Under the pieces are notes generated by a model. It was not told where the DNA came from. It ran no database searches and saw nothing but the letters and a program-made list of their open reading frames with translations. DNA of 64,000 nt from Chlorokybus atmophyticus (Eukaryota > Plantae > Mesostigma and Chlorokybus algae), in assembly GCA_009103225.1 (NCBI GenBank), contig RHPI01000277.1, positions 456,074 through 520,073 of the forward strand. Direction: 5' to 3'. The position numbers were made by a program, and so were the translations under genes. Below, piece after piece: positions 23,178 to 36,329 of the stretch. Numbering within the stretch: position 1 is the first letter of the stretch; each line of letters starts with the position of its first letter.

Positions 23178-24904
23178 TCAAGCCTCATAATTCCATGACA
23201 CAGGAGGGTAGTCACAGCGCATATCCATTGTTTCAAGCATGAGACGCCCTATGCACTCCGCCATTGCGAGAGGAACTGCATTCGCTATGAAAACGGCCGA
23301 GGTCATCCATGGCACTCCCAGCGCTGTTTGCCACGCAGCAATGCCGCCCCTGCTGCTTGGAAGGCCATAGACCGGGTACATCTGCTGTGGCGCGTTTGAA
23401 GTCACGATTGTCTTCTTCGCGCTAGCGGACAGGTGCGGCGCTAGCAGTCCAACTGCCTTGCACGCGTGCGAGCATCGTGCCGGTGGGGTAGCTACCACTG
23501 GCTGTGTCTCAAACAGACGGTGTCGGAAAGTTAATAGGCCAAACATCGTGCCACAAAGGGACAGATTGGGTTTGAATGAGGAAGCTGCTCCTGGCACATT
23601 CTCAATCACAAACTTGACCTGGCTTGCAAGCAGCAGACGTCGGACAAGCGGTATCATATCCTGGTGTCTCCAGGATGTGCCATGTGCCGCCCGTTGAGGT
23701 GCCGGGATAGCACCTGAATAGGCCTGGCATGGTGGACTGGCCTAGATGAGCTCGTACTCGCTCAGCTCTACTGCACTCAGGGTGCATACATCGCGGTGTA
23801 TGAAGGGCAGCAGGTACTCAGAGGAGGGACTTATGTCCATTCTGGTCACGTCAAAGCCTGCGTGGTATAGACCGACACTGGCACCGCCACCGCCACAGAA
23901 TAGGTCGAGTGCCCTTGGTCTGCGTGTGCGTCCCAGCTTGTTGTTAAATGGCGTGTATGTGGACAAGGCTGGCCGTGGTGCTGGTCAGGGACTAACAATG
24001 ATGCCGTCCGGGCTTACTTTTCGACTGACGTTCTCCCCTCCGGCGCGCAGAACATGGCGTGCCCCGTCAACTGATGTGTACGCGAATACGTTGTGCCCTT
24101 TGAAGTTGATGGTTTGTGGTCGATCACCGTCATCGAATACTATACGGTGCTGCCCTGCAAAGACATTTTCCATTGCACCATGCACATATGATGCGTTTTC
24201 AATCTCGCACGCCACGAAGCGATGCTGACCTGACGCTTGCTTGAATGATTCCACAACGCCCGCATACCATTCCCCATCCAGCGGCCAATGCACCATGACA
24301 CTCACACCAATCAACTGCTCGCATCCCAACTTAACTGCGTTCCGCAGCCGATGCAGTGCGCTGTCCAATGGTCGATGGTCTGCCTCCTCTACAGCGGCTA
24401 GGGGATGGAATTGCCCATGCCCACACCGTGCAAGGCTGCTCTGAATGCGACAACAGTTTCAACATGCATGAAATAAGCATACGCCCAACAAAAACCTGCA
24501 GTGATACGTCGCGGTCCACTCTTGTGGATTACCTACACAGCATCTACCACCTGTCCACTAACCACATGTCCCGGTGTTGTCCATGTGCAGAAGCGCATGG
24601 GTTCCCCTCGCCACTCGAAGCATGAGCGCGAGCACGATTCGCACACGCACTGCACGCAATGGAAAGACTTGGGTTCCTTGCACAGCACTTGGCCGAGGCG
24701 GCAGCCAAACACGTCGACATTGTGTGTGGTGTGATGCCAGCAAGCAGCACTAAAACCGTGGCACACTGTCTGCACTCGCTGGCATGCGGTCAAGTGTGCT
24801 TGCATTTGCTGCCTACGGCCATTGGCACATACGTACGCATTGCATTGTGGGCACACCAAGCATGGTCTCCTAGGTGAGGGGGATTCAACTGCTGCTGACA
24901 TCAT
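23178..24904 (-). pseudogene. Cys-rich Zn finger-Tudor-C5 cytosine DNA methyltransferase fusion (prokaryote/phage-type catalytic domain), three in-frame stops
   Basis: Exons 24904-24533, 24440-24230 and 24154-23178 give 520 codons. Tudor: GVSVMVHWPLDGEWYAGVV..GQHRIVFDDGD. MTase: LDLFCGGGG, ASPPCQ, VIENVPG, RHRLFE, WMT..ANAVP..IG. Stops at 24533, 23985 and 23742. Confidence 0.88.
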
Positions 24905-25384
24905 GCAAAATAGGAATCGGCACGGCTGCCCACAAACTAAGCGAGACTTTAGGGTATGGGCATCAATTTAGGGTTGCCAGCTTACGAACCTTAAATGGGT
25001 CAAACTTCAAGTGAAGCACGACTGTACCAAGGACGCTATTGCAAACCCATGCATGGTACATCAACATGAATGGTACTCCATCTGTTAATGGTACTACAGT
25101 ATAAGGATACTCGCATACTACCACGATCGTAGAGTAATACTGTGCTGTCATGCCATGAAACCCAGAGCGCTGTCCGAGTTTGTTGCTGTCAACCACGCTT
25201 TAAACCAGCGAGGTATGCAAGCCATGCACTGACTCATGCGCCGGGCAGTCATCATACACATGTACAGCCAATGCCTCTAACAACAGCAGATCTCTGGTGC
25301 ACCATGCACCATGCTGCAACTATACATGTACCTACATGGTTCACAGCAAGCCAACACAAAACTACAATACATGCACAATTGGCA

Positions 25385-26395
25385 TCAAGGCGGGGGCCAA
25401 ATCACCGCCGACACGTTGGCGTCTTGCATCAGGCGTGGCGACCAAAACGGGTGAGGTTGTTTGCAGAATGGACACGCTTGTAGATTCTTTGATTTATTTG
25501 CCACAGTCTTCTTATGTGCTATGATGCAGACATGGCACATCGTTTTCTTGCAACAGGGCGTCTCCCCATCCGCTGGGGGGGGTGGCTCTTCAATGCGACA
25601 AATCAGCACACATGGTGCACGCGGGTGTGCAAGCTGCCTCTGCCACCAAACTCTGTTATCGCGTCGCAGGCGTAGCGACTCCCATCTGAATGGCGCAGCA
25701 TAACGCTCCACTGCCTGCTTGATCACCTGTTGCCCATCTGCCGCCATACACCACCTGCTGGTCTTGGTGGTCTCGTCCAGCATGCGTTCATCCAGGCCCT
25801 CGACATGGCTGTCGTCACTCGTGTACTCCCCCGCATCGTTATTTTCTTCGAGCTTCCACAGAATCAGCTCGACGTGCCGTATGACATACAGCCAGTGCCA
25901 GCCAAAGCATGCCAAGTACAGCTCATATGGTTTTACTTGCCACCCAGTATGTTTGCTCAGGTAGTGGCACACATCTCGACCCGCATTAGTCGACATCGAC
26001 AAATACATCTGCTGCAGCAGGTCAAAGTTCTGCTCCGCAAATAGCTCTTGCACATTGCCGGGTTGCTGCGGCAGCAACAACACCATCATATCGAGGACGG
26101 CGAGGGGCAACAACTTACTACGGATGGCCATATCGTGTATGGGTTCCAACCACGGCCAATCCTCAGAGGTCTGTTTAGACCGCACTCTCCGCGTTTGCTC
26201 CCACTTATTGCAAACTTTCGTCACCCACCTCGAGGCATGCCGCATGCGGTGATGCAGCGCGTCTTGGGCGTACTGTAGGGTGATCAACTCCTTTGCACTA
26301 CGAGTCAGCCCCCCAAAGCGTCTGCGCGTCGGTGCTTTGAGCTTAGGCAGCTCGTGCCGCACCGGCTGTCTCTCTGGACGATGCTGAGCAGCCAC
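25385..26395 (-). CDS. Protein with C-terminal RING-like zinc finger (putative E3 ligase)
   Basis: Open 336-aa frame ending CVLIC...PCCKKTMCHVC...ACPFCKQP. Confidence 0.7.
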   Translation of the reverse strand: MAAQHRPERQPVRHELPKLKAPTRRRFGGLTRSAKELITLQYAQDALHHRMRHASRWVTKVCNKWEQTRRVRSKQTSEDWPWLEPIHDMAIRSKLLPLAVLDMMVLLLPQQPGNVQELFAEQNFDLLQQMYLSMSTNAGRDVCHYLSKHTGWQVKPYELYLACFGWHWLYVIRHVELILWKLEENNDAGEYTSDDSHVEGLDERMLDETTKTSRWCMAADGQQVIKQAVERYAAPFRWESLRLRRDNRVWWQRQLAHPRAPCVLICRIEEPPPPADGETPCCKKTMCHVCIIAHKKTVANKSKNLQACPFCKQPHPFWSPRLMQDANVSAVIWPPP

Positions 26396-26447
26396 TTGAC
26401 GTTGTAAACCCGCCTACTCAGGACACACAGTCAGCCCCAGTGAGGCT

Positions 26448-29108
26448 TCAAGGCGCTGTTCTTCTTCGAATGTTGTAACGATGCCTCACCTTTCCTTTTT
26501 TAGTCCTGTCAGCGTCTTTTGTTCCAACAACCTTCTTCTTTTTTTTTTGGTCACCCTGCACATCCTGGCAGGCGCTCTCCGTGGCACTGTCACTCACAGG
26601 AGGTAAGGCGTTATCTTCTTGCTCCACAACCTTGCGCTTGTTGGTTGCCTCCCGTTCCTCCACGACCTCATGTTGCTTCATGAGGTCGAGCATAAAGCCT
26701 TTGTCTTTCAGCGCAGCTTTCAGGACACCTCGATCAATCTCTTTACCAACAAGACAGGCTGGGATCAATGAGGCAAGCTTAGAGGGAGAGGGCGAGCTAC
26801 AGCTGCTTTTGATGGAGATGCCTCCAGATGTCAGAGTGCGGTGGCAAGTGAGTCTCCGCAGCAAGAAGGGAGGGTGCTGAATTGTTATTGCGGGCATGTG
26901 GCTGCGGGAGGGGAGGCAGGATGTGCAAAACAGTTGGTTACTTCTTGTCTAGCACACCAATGCAAGGCTTGAGGCGTTGGCGCAACACCTGGGTCGCAGC
27001 CGGTGGTAGCGGGGAATTGACAACGCCATTCCGCCACTCTGCGATCAGGTCTGTTACCTCCGCTGGCACTTCATGCATAGGCCACGACCATTGTTCGGTG
27101 CTTGCAGGCTTGAGGAGCCAAAAGTGTGCTTCTGGCTCATCAGGAGCAGTGTTGCCCACCACCAGGACTGAGTTGGGGGCTTCTTTATTTCCAACCCATA
27201 CTGCGCTGCCGGGTTGTGGCACCCACTCCCCATGCCCGCGCTAAACGGTCACGCAGCCAATCAACAAGCCCAGCTTGTTGGCAAACATGGTCATTTGCAG
27301 GTGCTCGACGTACACATCTTTTCTCCGCACGATCTGTCGCACCTTGGCCATGGCTAGGTTAATGTTGCAGTTGACATCAGCAAACATGGTCGCAGGCAGT
27401 TTGTCGTCATACTGCGCCATCTCCCCCGTGGCACCAGTGGCTCTGCAGAAGTCTAGGATTCTGCTCGCCACGCCTGCATCGACAGCCCTGGCGGTGATTT
27501 TACGGAGAGTGTGCCCCCTGCCGTCGTCGTTCATGGTGTCCAGCATGGCCAAAATCTGCTCGAGCTGGGGCACTTGTGATCATCCAGGACACTTTGCGCT
27601 ATGAATGGCCTGGCGCGAAATACACAATGGTAGAAGCAATTACCATCCGTTGGCGCATTGAAGTGGTCCCATGAGGCAAGCTGGCCACCTAGCATGACTG
27701 ATGGCCGTATGCGAGTTGCGGCCAGCTCCTCTGATGACTCGCTTGCAGGTTGTGACCCCTGCTGCATGCGCATACAGCACTCACATGGTGTGTCCAACCG
27801 TGAACGGCAAGAGTCACAGTGACTGATAAAGTACCTGAGTTTGGGGCAGACTGCCGGCTTCAACTTGCAGCGGGTGGGGTAAGGTAGGTGCAGAAGCCAC
27901 ATCGGTTGTTGCATTGTGCTGTGGTCTCGCCGGTGGCGGCAAGAAGGATTGTTGCCCCGCAATCACCGGTGCTGCTCGTGGAGGGGATGGCAGTGCATGA
28001 AGGACTGGTGCCGCGGAAGGTGGTTGCGCTCTGGCTGGGAGGGGAGCAGGAGCTGCAGGTGAGACCACTTGTGCATGCAGCAAGGGGGGCTGTATACAGG
28101 ACCCAGGATAAGATGGCTCACAATGTTGCAAAGGACGAACATAAGCTTATGCAGTGCCTGACGCATTGTTACCAAGGCACGAGCATAAAAGACAGCGACT
28201 TACCTCAATGGCCCGTGGGCTACATGGAGCAGGAGAAGCCATGGGGGCTGACAAGGTGGTATTGGCTGCACTCTCCCCGCCACCCTCGATGGCAGACTCG
28301 TCACGGAGCTCGTGAGCCATGGGCACATCATGCGCCACTGCCCCAATGGACATGTCGGGATTCAACAGGCCAACATGCATGTTAAACTGATGCCGCATTG
28401 CCGCCGCACCCATCAGCAAGTGGGATTGAAGAACCAGTTGATGGGATTGCATCCAGGCTTGCATAGGAGCTCCAACAGGACCTAGTGCACTGTGGTGCTG
28501 TCAACCAATCACATGTGGGTTAGCTGCATGCTTGCGACACTGCAATTGCAATAGTCAACTGCGTCACACCGTCATCAGTTGGTTGCTTCGAACAGTNAGT
28601 TGCTTCAACCAGTCACCTGCGTCATTGCTGGTTGATGCACGAACGATTGCATGGACTGCGTCATTGCTAGTCGATGCACTATCGGTTGAATGCCGGACGA
28701 ATGGCCACGCGCTCCTGTGCTCAAACCCAGCCTACTTCGTTCGGCACGCGCGCGCGACTTCGCACGCTCACGCACATCCTAGCATGCAAAGGTAGGCATG
28801 CATTGGAGCTGACGTTGCAGTCAACATGCACAGCGAGATTGGCAACAACATACCGCCGCCCAGCTCTGTCTATCTGCTCTTGCTTCCGCAATGTCGGCTT
28901 GACTGTAGGGTGGGTATGGGTGAATAGTGGAGGCCTGCAGCCACGCTACATATATCACATGGACTGCGCTAAAAAACAAATTGCTCTTGCAAGGAAATGC
29001 ATGTGACTGTTGAGCGTACCTCTGCATTCCTTCGTGCTTGTTCCCACAGCCGCAATTGGTCCCGCATGGTTCTTACAAGGGGCTCCAAGGACTGCAGCTC
29101 CTGATCCA
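26448..29108 (-). pseudogene. OTU-family deubiquitinase gene, 3' part (split by the CACTA insertion)
   Basis: APTDGNCFYHCV catalytic motif and AHFWLL His motif; frameshift near 27575; in-frame TAG at 27241; terminal exon 26448-26900. Confidence 0.75.
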
Positions 29109-29640
29109 CACACGGAATTTTTTCCACGGACCAGGGCCAAAACGCCCGGGCGGCTTGGGGTCCGGACCAGGGTCGCCCGCCTTGGTCTGCACGCGGGGAC
29201 CAGGGCTGGTCCAAACAGTACGTAATTGTCCCACGGTCCCCCAAAAAACCGGGCCAGCCCTGGTTGCTGTTATCATGACGAGCGCAATGGGACCAATGCT
29301 GGTCTGCCATGCGTGTTGCTGCATGCACCAAGGATGGTCCGCTCTTGGCACAGTTCTGTCAAAAGCATCACCACTACTGGTCCCGAGTAGCAGGACCATC
29401 CTTGGTTCGCACTGTGGGACCATGCATGGTCTACTTGTATCTTAATGTCTAGCCCAGATGGTCTGCAAGGATGGTCCCGACTAGTGGGACCAACCATGGC
29501 TCTGCTGGCGGGACCATGCCTGGTCCACACCCAACCGTTTCTTTGTACCAGCCGAATCTCACTGCATTGGTCCATGCTTGCATCCAGGGACCAGCATTGG
29601 TGCACGACACCCCCTGACATCCTGCACCAATGCTGGTCTA
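29109..29640. repeat. Left subterminal GGACCA/TGGTCC repeat array
   Basis: Dense GGACC(A)/(T)GGTCC copies in both orientations. Confidence 0.8.
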
Positions 29641-30328
29641 TGACCCATGCACCAGCAATTCACGGTAACCCATTCTATTATATAGTGCGTGTCTGGCAAT
29701 CAGCGAGACCTGCAAAGTGTCAAACATCTATGCTAACTACAGCAGTGTTCTCATAGCTACTAAGATCACCAGCGCTCATAGCCTGCCTATGATGAGACTG
29801 AGCGCATGCTGCGCACACCACGTGATCTCGGCACTGCACGCACACGTTCCTTCTGTTCCATACTCTGCTCCATACTTGCAAATGTAGACGGCCTTTCAGA
29901 TAAACGAGTGCACGCCGCGTGCACCAACAACAGATTGTCGTAGACACTGCGCGCGCACACTGCATTTGAGCAACACCGCAACTGTAAAACACAATGTACA
30001 TTTCTTAAAGAATAGACACGTAACAGTAGCAACATGCAACAGTTGCAACTTTGCACATCTCTGATACCTATCATTTGGAGGATGCCATCCTGCTTGGCTC
30101 CCATCGCCCCATGAAGCGGAACCTCTTGGGCTCAGGCGTTTCACTTTCATCCGGCATGCCTGCATTCACAATGAGTGGCGAATGTGTACAATCACATACA
30201 CAGAGACCAGACTGCTCGTACATGGCACTATTAGCTTACAGCTTACCAGCTTACGAGCATACCCTATAGACTGCATTGTGACACTGTGCATTGGTCACAG
30301 CTACCAAGCCTATGAGCGGTCTATAAGC

Positions 30329-32691
30329 TCAAAACATACCTGGCCGTTTCCTCGTGTTTATCCAGCCCAGCTGACCACCCTGCGTTGGGTCTTCGCCCAG
30401 CCACTTCTTCTTCATTGCAAACTGCACAACCGCTTGCATGATACGCTGTGTTGGAATGCTGTCCATCCGGGCCTGGTCTCGAAAGGGAAGAGGTGCCACG
30501 CTCTCCATCAGCGCCACCTGCTTCTTCCGCCAGAATTCCCATTGCCGGCCAACCTGCGCCCTAGTAGGTGTTTGCTCAGTGCCACAGCACACAGCCGCCA
30601 GCATCTCCAGCTTCTCATCATCCACTGAAACCTCGTGGTCCTGCATGGGCACATCATCAGCACAACCAGAAAGCACTTGAAACAAGAAATTGCGCGCACA
30701 TAGCTGACAAACCTGATCATCTTGCTGCGCATTGGTGTTCAGTTCTTCAAGTACTCTCGCCTGGCATTCCCCCATCCGGACGTGCCTATTGAAGCTGCAT
30801 TCACCGTTTTCACAGACGCAGGTGCCCATCTGGCTCATGAACATAAGTGGCCACTCAACCGTCACGCTCTGCACTCCATCAGTTGTCAGTGTCATAGGCG
30901 GTTCACATGTGCACACTTTAGCCAACTACACGCGACGCACGTCTCGCACTTGATGACATGCAGTGACAAAAGCATAGACTGTGCGTGACTGACAATCACC
31001 AACTTACCTCTAGCTCGGCGCGTGTGTAATGATCCGGTGTCTTGCCATGCATGAGCCTTTGCGACCTGATAGGTATGAACGGCCGCACGCTGTCGTCCTC
31101 CACGCAAAACACTGGCAGCCATTTAATGATCTGCACGCTGTATGTGCGGCAGGGCTCATCCACCTCGGCAATCTCAAGGATGGTGGCCATGGCCACGGGC
31201 ACACATGGGTCTTCACGACTTGAGGATTGCATATCGACGTCAAAGACTTTGTCTCGGTCGTAATCGTCTGCATGTCTGCACCTCATGAACAGGCATCGTG
31301 TTAGATAACACAACACAACAGCTGTACATTCAGCTTGCTTCACTTCTAGTGGAGTTGTCACAGTTCAGGGTTGCAATCATACATGCGCGCACACAGTCCT
31401 TACCTGAATTTGAGCCAAGTAGCCCGCAGCACGTCATCTGGAAGGGGCCCGTCGCTCAAGGGGCACCACAGAACGACTGTCTGCGAAGGGCTGTAATCGT
31501 CAGGGCTGAAAACTCTGCCCCACCCTACAGACCGGCGACGAGCAGCTGTGCCGTGTTTGGCAGTTCGCTCTGCTTCTCGAGCATGCGCACGGAGCTGGAC
31601 CCGCTGCTCCCTGGACTGTCCTTGGCGTTCACCTCGTTCTTCTTTAACGCCCCTCCGATAAGTCCATTGGCGTTGTATGAAATATGCCCGGATGTGCTCT
31701 GCCAAGCAAAAGTTATAAGGATGTCCACATGTCCAAAAAGCTGCTTTGGTCTCGTAAGGTGGCACCGTCCAAGACACTCTACGACTTATGCATTTCTATA
31801 GCTGAGACCGTAGGACTCATAGGCACTGTCCAGTGTCTACGACTTATGCACTCCATTGCTGTGACCTAAAGACTCATAGGCACTGTCCAGTGTCTGCTTA
31901 TGCAATCCATTGCTTCTAGATGCTCATAGGCACTGTTGTCAGCGTCTACGACGTATGCGTTCCATTGCTGAGACCTAAGGACTCGTAGACACTGTCCAGT
32001 GTCTACGACTTATGCCATCCATTGCTGAGACCTAAGGACTCATAGGCACTGTCCAGTGTTCCAGCTTGACAAACAGTAACCGACCAACAGTGGCACCACT
32101 AACCAGTAGTAAAAACAGCTGGATATACATGAAGACTAGCTGAATTCAGCTGAACAGCAAGCCATCAAGTAACGCGACAACTTGGCAAGTAGCATGATAT
32201 CAACTGACTTGCAACAGTGGCAACACTGATCAGCAGCAACAACAGCTTGAGGGCTAGCAAAGCTTGCTATATGCATGAATACGGGCTAGTTTCACCTGAA
32301 CAGTTACCGATCTACACACAAGGCATTCAGAGCAAACCTTCACAGAAAACAACTGACCTCTGGACATGCGGAGCTCTATGCCTTCCCCAAACACTAGAGG
32401 CTCCAGCTCCGGCTCTAACTCCTCACAGAAGCTCTCCAGCTTGGCAATGCTGGCCTGCGCTGCATGATCCTTGCTCCGCTTGTCGAAATTCACCTCCTTC
32501 CAACCTGGACCACGGATTTGCTCCCACTGTTTGAGCTTGTTGGTGAATTTGTCCATGTTTCGCACATGGGTGGGGTGCACAGAGGAAAAGTTGTCCCTCA
32601 GGAACCTGTCCCCAGTTTTCTGGCCGTTGTTGCCACAGTTGAACACTTGGCTGGCAGAAGGCACTGCGGTCACCATTGTTACACTATGCAC
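30329..32691 (-). CDS. Multi-exon cargo gene of unknown function
   Basis: Protein-like minus-strand exons (32254-32691, 31400-31777, 31010-31270, 30329-30925) with GT-AG boundaries; Cys pairs in the last exon. Confidence 0.5.
31779..32060. repeat. ~57-bp intronic minisatellite (~5 degenerate copies), inverted relative to the 41-44 kb copies
   Basis: Repeated CTCATAGGCACTGTCCAGTGTCTACGACTTATGC. Confidence 0.9.
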
Positions 32692-33093
32692 AAAGCACCT
32701 AAGCTTCCAGGTGACAAAAGGCTCACACAGCAGTCTATAGCACGAGAGTCTACAGCACGCAACTTATTGCAGCTGCGATAACCAGTGCCGAAGTCATACT
32801 GCGCACAACGCACAACACATGCGCACAACGCACGCGCGAGCGAACAAAACTTCCTAATGATAAAACCTGACAACAAACACTTCCAAATGAATCAACTTCC
32901 AGTGCCTGTGACATAGGGTTCGTCGGAGCGGCCTATGCGGTCGCCTGTCACGCCGCCGGCAACCTGATGTTTGGTGTGCCTAAGGTAGTTCTGGCGGTGC
33001 TGGCAGAGGTGTGGTAGCGGAGTGCTGGCTTGTGTTGCACAAGAGTGTTATCCAGTGCAAGTTGTTGCAGAGATCAGCAAGCTGAGAAACACC

Positions 33094-36000
33094 ATGGATG
33101 ATGACGTCCCTACCGTGTCGACGGCATCGTCGACTTCAGAGGAGACTCGGAGGCAGCCTTCACACCAGCGGACTTTCTATTGGCACTGTCCCTACTGCAG
33201 AACAAATGTGAAGGCGGGCCATTGAAAGTCCAACGGGCTTCCAGAAACCACACACACCAAGACTGCAAAGATCGCGCAGCACCTGCACATCAGATATTGC
33301 AGGTACATGCGCAGACGAACCAACCAGGGCGGCAGGGAGACAGCAGATGAGCTGAAGGGACGGATGGGGGATTCTCTCTCCAAAGCAGTACGGGTGCGTG
33401 TGATGTTGTGAAAGTGCGTTTGTAGACTTGTAGACTCATAGACGTTGTATGCATGCTAGTGAACTGATATCTGGGCAAAAGACTATGCAACAAAATTGAC
33501 TTACGTGAAGCATATGTTGGCGTGCAGGCCCTGAATCATCCCAAACAAAGCAGAGTTTCCGTCGACAACGTGCGGAGAGTCACCGAGGAGTATCTGCGAA
33601 AGCATCACACTGGAGCCTTTGCATTTGTAAGCACATGCAGCATGCAACTGTTAGCGAAAAAAATGCCATTACAACGCCTTGGTTGCTAACCTTGTCGCTT
33701 GTTACACAGAACAAGAAATTCTGGGATGACGCTGAGCACGATTACAACAACATCCCCCTCTACCCGAAGGAGCAAACCACACCAAAGCGGACAAAGCGGC
33801 AGCGGCAGCAAGGTTCAGGTGTTGCCGCTGCAGGTTCAGCGGCAGAAGCGTCAACAGCGGAGGAAACCGAGTTCGACTTCGCTGCGACAGAGACGAGGGA
33901 GCATGAGGAGCTTGAGGAACAACTTGAGGATGTGATGCAGGAGGGGTCGGAGGAGTCAGCGCAGAAGGTTACGGAGGAGGTTTTGGAGTTGGAGCAGTCT
34001 GAGGAGGAAGAGGTGGTGCCACCTGCAAAGAAACCGAGGCATGCCAGCTGGCGAGGCATGAAAATAGGAACGTCATCGGCAGCCGGCTCTCCCAAAACTC
34101 CCCAAACACCTGTGAGTATCCATGCGAATACTCATAGACTGCTCTGATCAGGACATGTGCGCGTTGTCTTATGTCATAGGCCGAGACAGTCTGTGAGTCA
34201 ATAAATGTATATGATATCCTTACCATTGTCTTACACACAGGGTGGCAGGGTGAACCAACCTGTAGCCGATGCCCCACAGGCTACTAAGCCAAGGCAACAC
34301 CGATCAGCGCAGGCCCGTGAACTGGCTGTGACCAATGCTGCAGCCGAGGTCAATCGATTCACCAAGACGGGGATGGACGCTGTGGAGTTGCCACCGCCAT
34401 CAGAAGAACATCTGCGGGTGCGTCTTTGTTCGCATGGTATCATGCATGCTGATCACATGCCATGGGCGCCATGCTGCATGCACTGCTCAGTTGCAGCCTA
34501 TGACAATTCACACCAACTTACCGTCACTTGTTGTTTGCAGAGTGACAGAGAGCTTCCCAACCGCAAGCGCATACATAGAGCGACCGGTGACCCATGGCAG
34601 CTGTGGACGAATGGTCCAATTCCCATAGGCGAACTCTTCCATTTTGCTGGCAAAGAGTTCGTCATCAAGCCTTCCAATATCCCTGGCGCAGGGCTCGGCT
34701 TGTTCACCTGCCAGCCTATTAAGAAGGGTGACCGCATCATGGTCTTTGACGGCAAGTGGTACTCCTACCGGGAGATGCAGAAGACATTCCCTCAGAAGGA
34801 GCACCTGCACCACCAGCGATACCACCTGCAGGTCATCAGGGACGTGCCACGCCGCCAGAGCCCTGTCATCGATGGCCACCCTCGATATGGGAACATAGCT
34901 GGCTTCCTCAACTCCAGCCGCGATACGCAGTACAAACCCAACTGCCACATCATGGACTCCGTTGATGAGGCTGCGGTGCAGGCAGCTGAGGTTAGGAGTC
35001 AGAGTGACATCGCCGCCGGGGAAGAGCTGCTCATGGAATACGATCCCTTCCCTCCACCTCCAGACGAGCAACCTACAGACCATGTGAGTATATGCAGCCT
35101 GTGGCTCGTGCCTATAGACATCACTTGCTCTGCCAGACACTGTCTCCTGCTGTTATAGACTGCATCTGTGAGAGCTGTGCGGTCTATGACCTTGTCATTC
35201 AGCATTGCAAACAATGTGCTGATCACCGTCTTACCTCAGGTCATGGAGTACTTTTTCGAGGCGGCCAGAGAAAAGTTTATCAAGGAGGCAACAGAGATGG
35301 CAGCTCGCCATGGCGTCGCGCTCGAAGACGGCGCGTACCTCGCCGCTTGCACTGCACCGCGTCAAGCTGGTGAATCTTTAGGCGCCTACACATGGAGGGT
35401 GCTGAAACGACCACAAGTCGCCCGAAATCAAAGACAGAATGTAAGTGTTGAGAACGCTTCATCAGTGCATGGTCGTACATGTCATTGTGCATTCATAGAC
35501 TGCACTTGTGTCACCAGAACGACACAGTCAATCACACTGTCAGAGAGGCGTCTGTACGCCTTTTAAAAGGGATATTTGACTCAGCTGAAAGCAAGTGCGC
35601 TGAGCTTACACGCGTGCTAGATAGACTATTCCTGCTGTTAAGACAGATAGACTCCAGAATAGAACAAGAGAAAGAACAGAGGGTATGTTTGTGTTATTAA
35701 ACGTAAATGAGTTGTGTGTAATTCGTGTTCTAACTGGTGGTTATGATTCGCAGAAACTTACCAAGGAAGTGTTCCGTAAGGCAGAGACTACAATTCGCAA
35801 AGGCCTTCAAGAGATTGCCGCTCAGGGCGCCATGGTGACACGGGCTGCAAATCAGCACAGGCTGAAGGAGCAGGATTATCAGTCAAGAATCGAGAAGACC
35901 ATTTTGTCCATGGTGCGCAATGGTCTGAATGAAAGCCGGCGACATTGGTTGACTGAGGAGCAGATAGCTGCCGTGCGCACCAATGTTCAAAACGCCCAAG

Positions 36001-36233
36001 ATACGACTGCACAGCGGCAGGCTGAGCAAAAGCAATTGCAGCAACGCAACAAGGCGGAGTGGGAGACACGCCGGCTACGCATCAACGCCATTGCTAATCG
36101 GAGGAAACAGAAGCGAGAAGTTTGGCTGGAAGAGCAGATGAAGACCATCCATTTTCAGGATCCAGGATGGGCTGAGAATTACAAGTCCTTGCGCGCATAC
36201 CTCATCAACAAGTGGGAGTGCAACCATCCTTAG
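33094..36233 (+). pseudogene. Zn finger + SET-domain lysine methyltransferase cargo gene
   Basis: Exon 1 CPYC...QHLHIRYC with in-frame TGA at 33223-33225. Exon 34541-35083: KPSNIPGAGLGLF..IKKGD, NIAGFLNSS..KPNC, DIAAGEELLMEY. Helical downstream exons. Confidence 0.85.
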
Positions 36234-36329
36234 CCATCCATTCCTGCTGCAGCTCCTGATCCGACTCCTTCTAGTGCTGCTTCTGGTGCTGCGGCTACCT
36301 CTAGCAATCCTTCTCAAGCTGCTGTTGAT

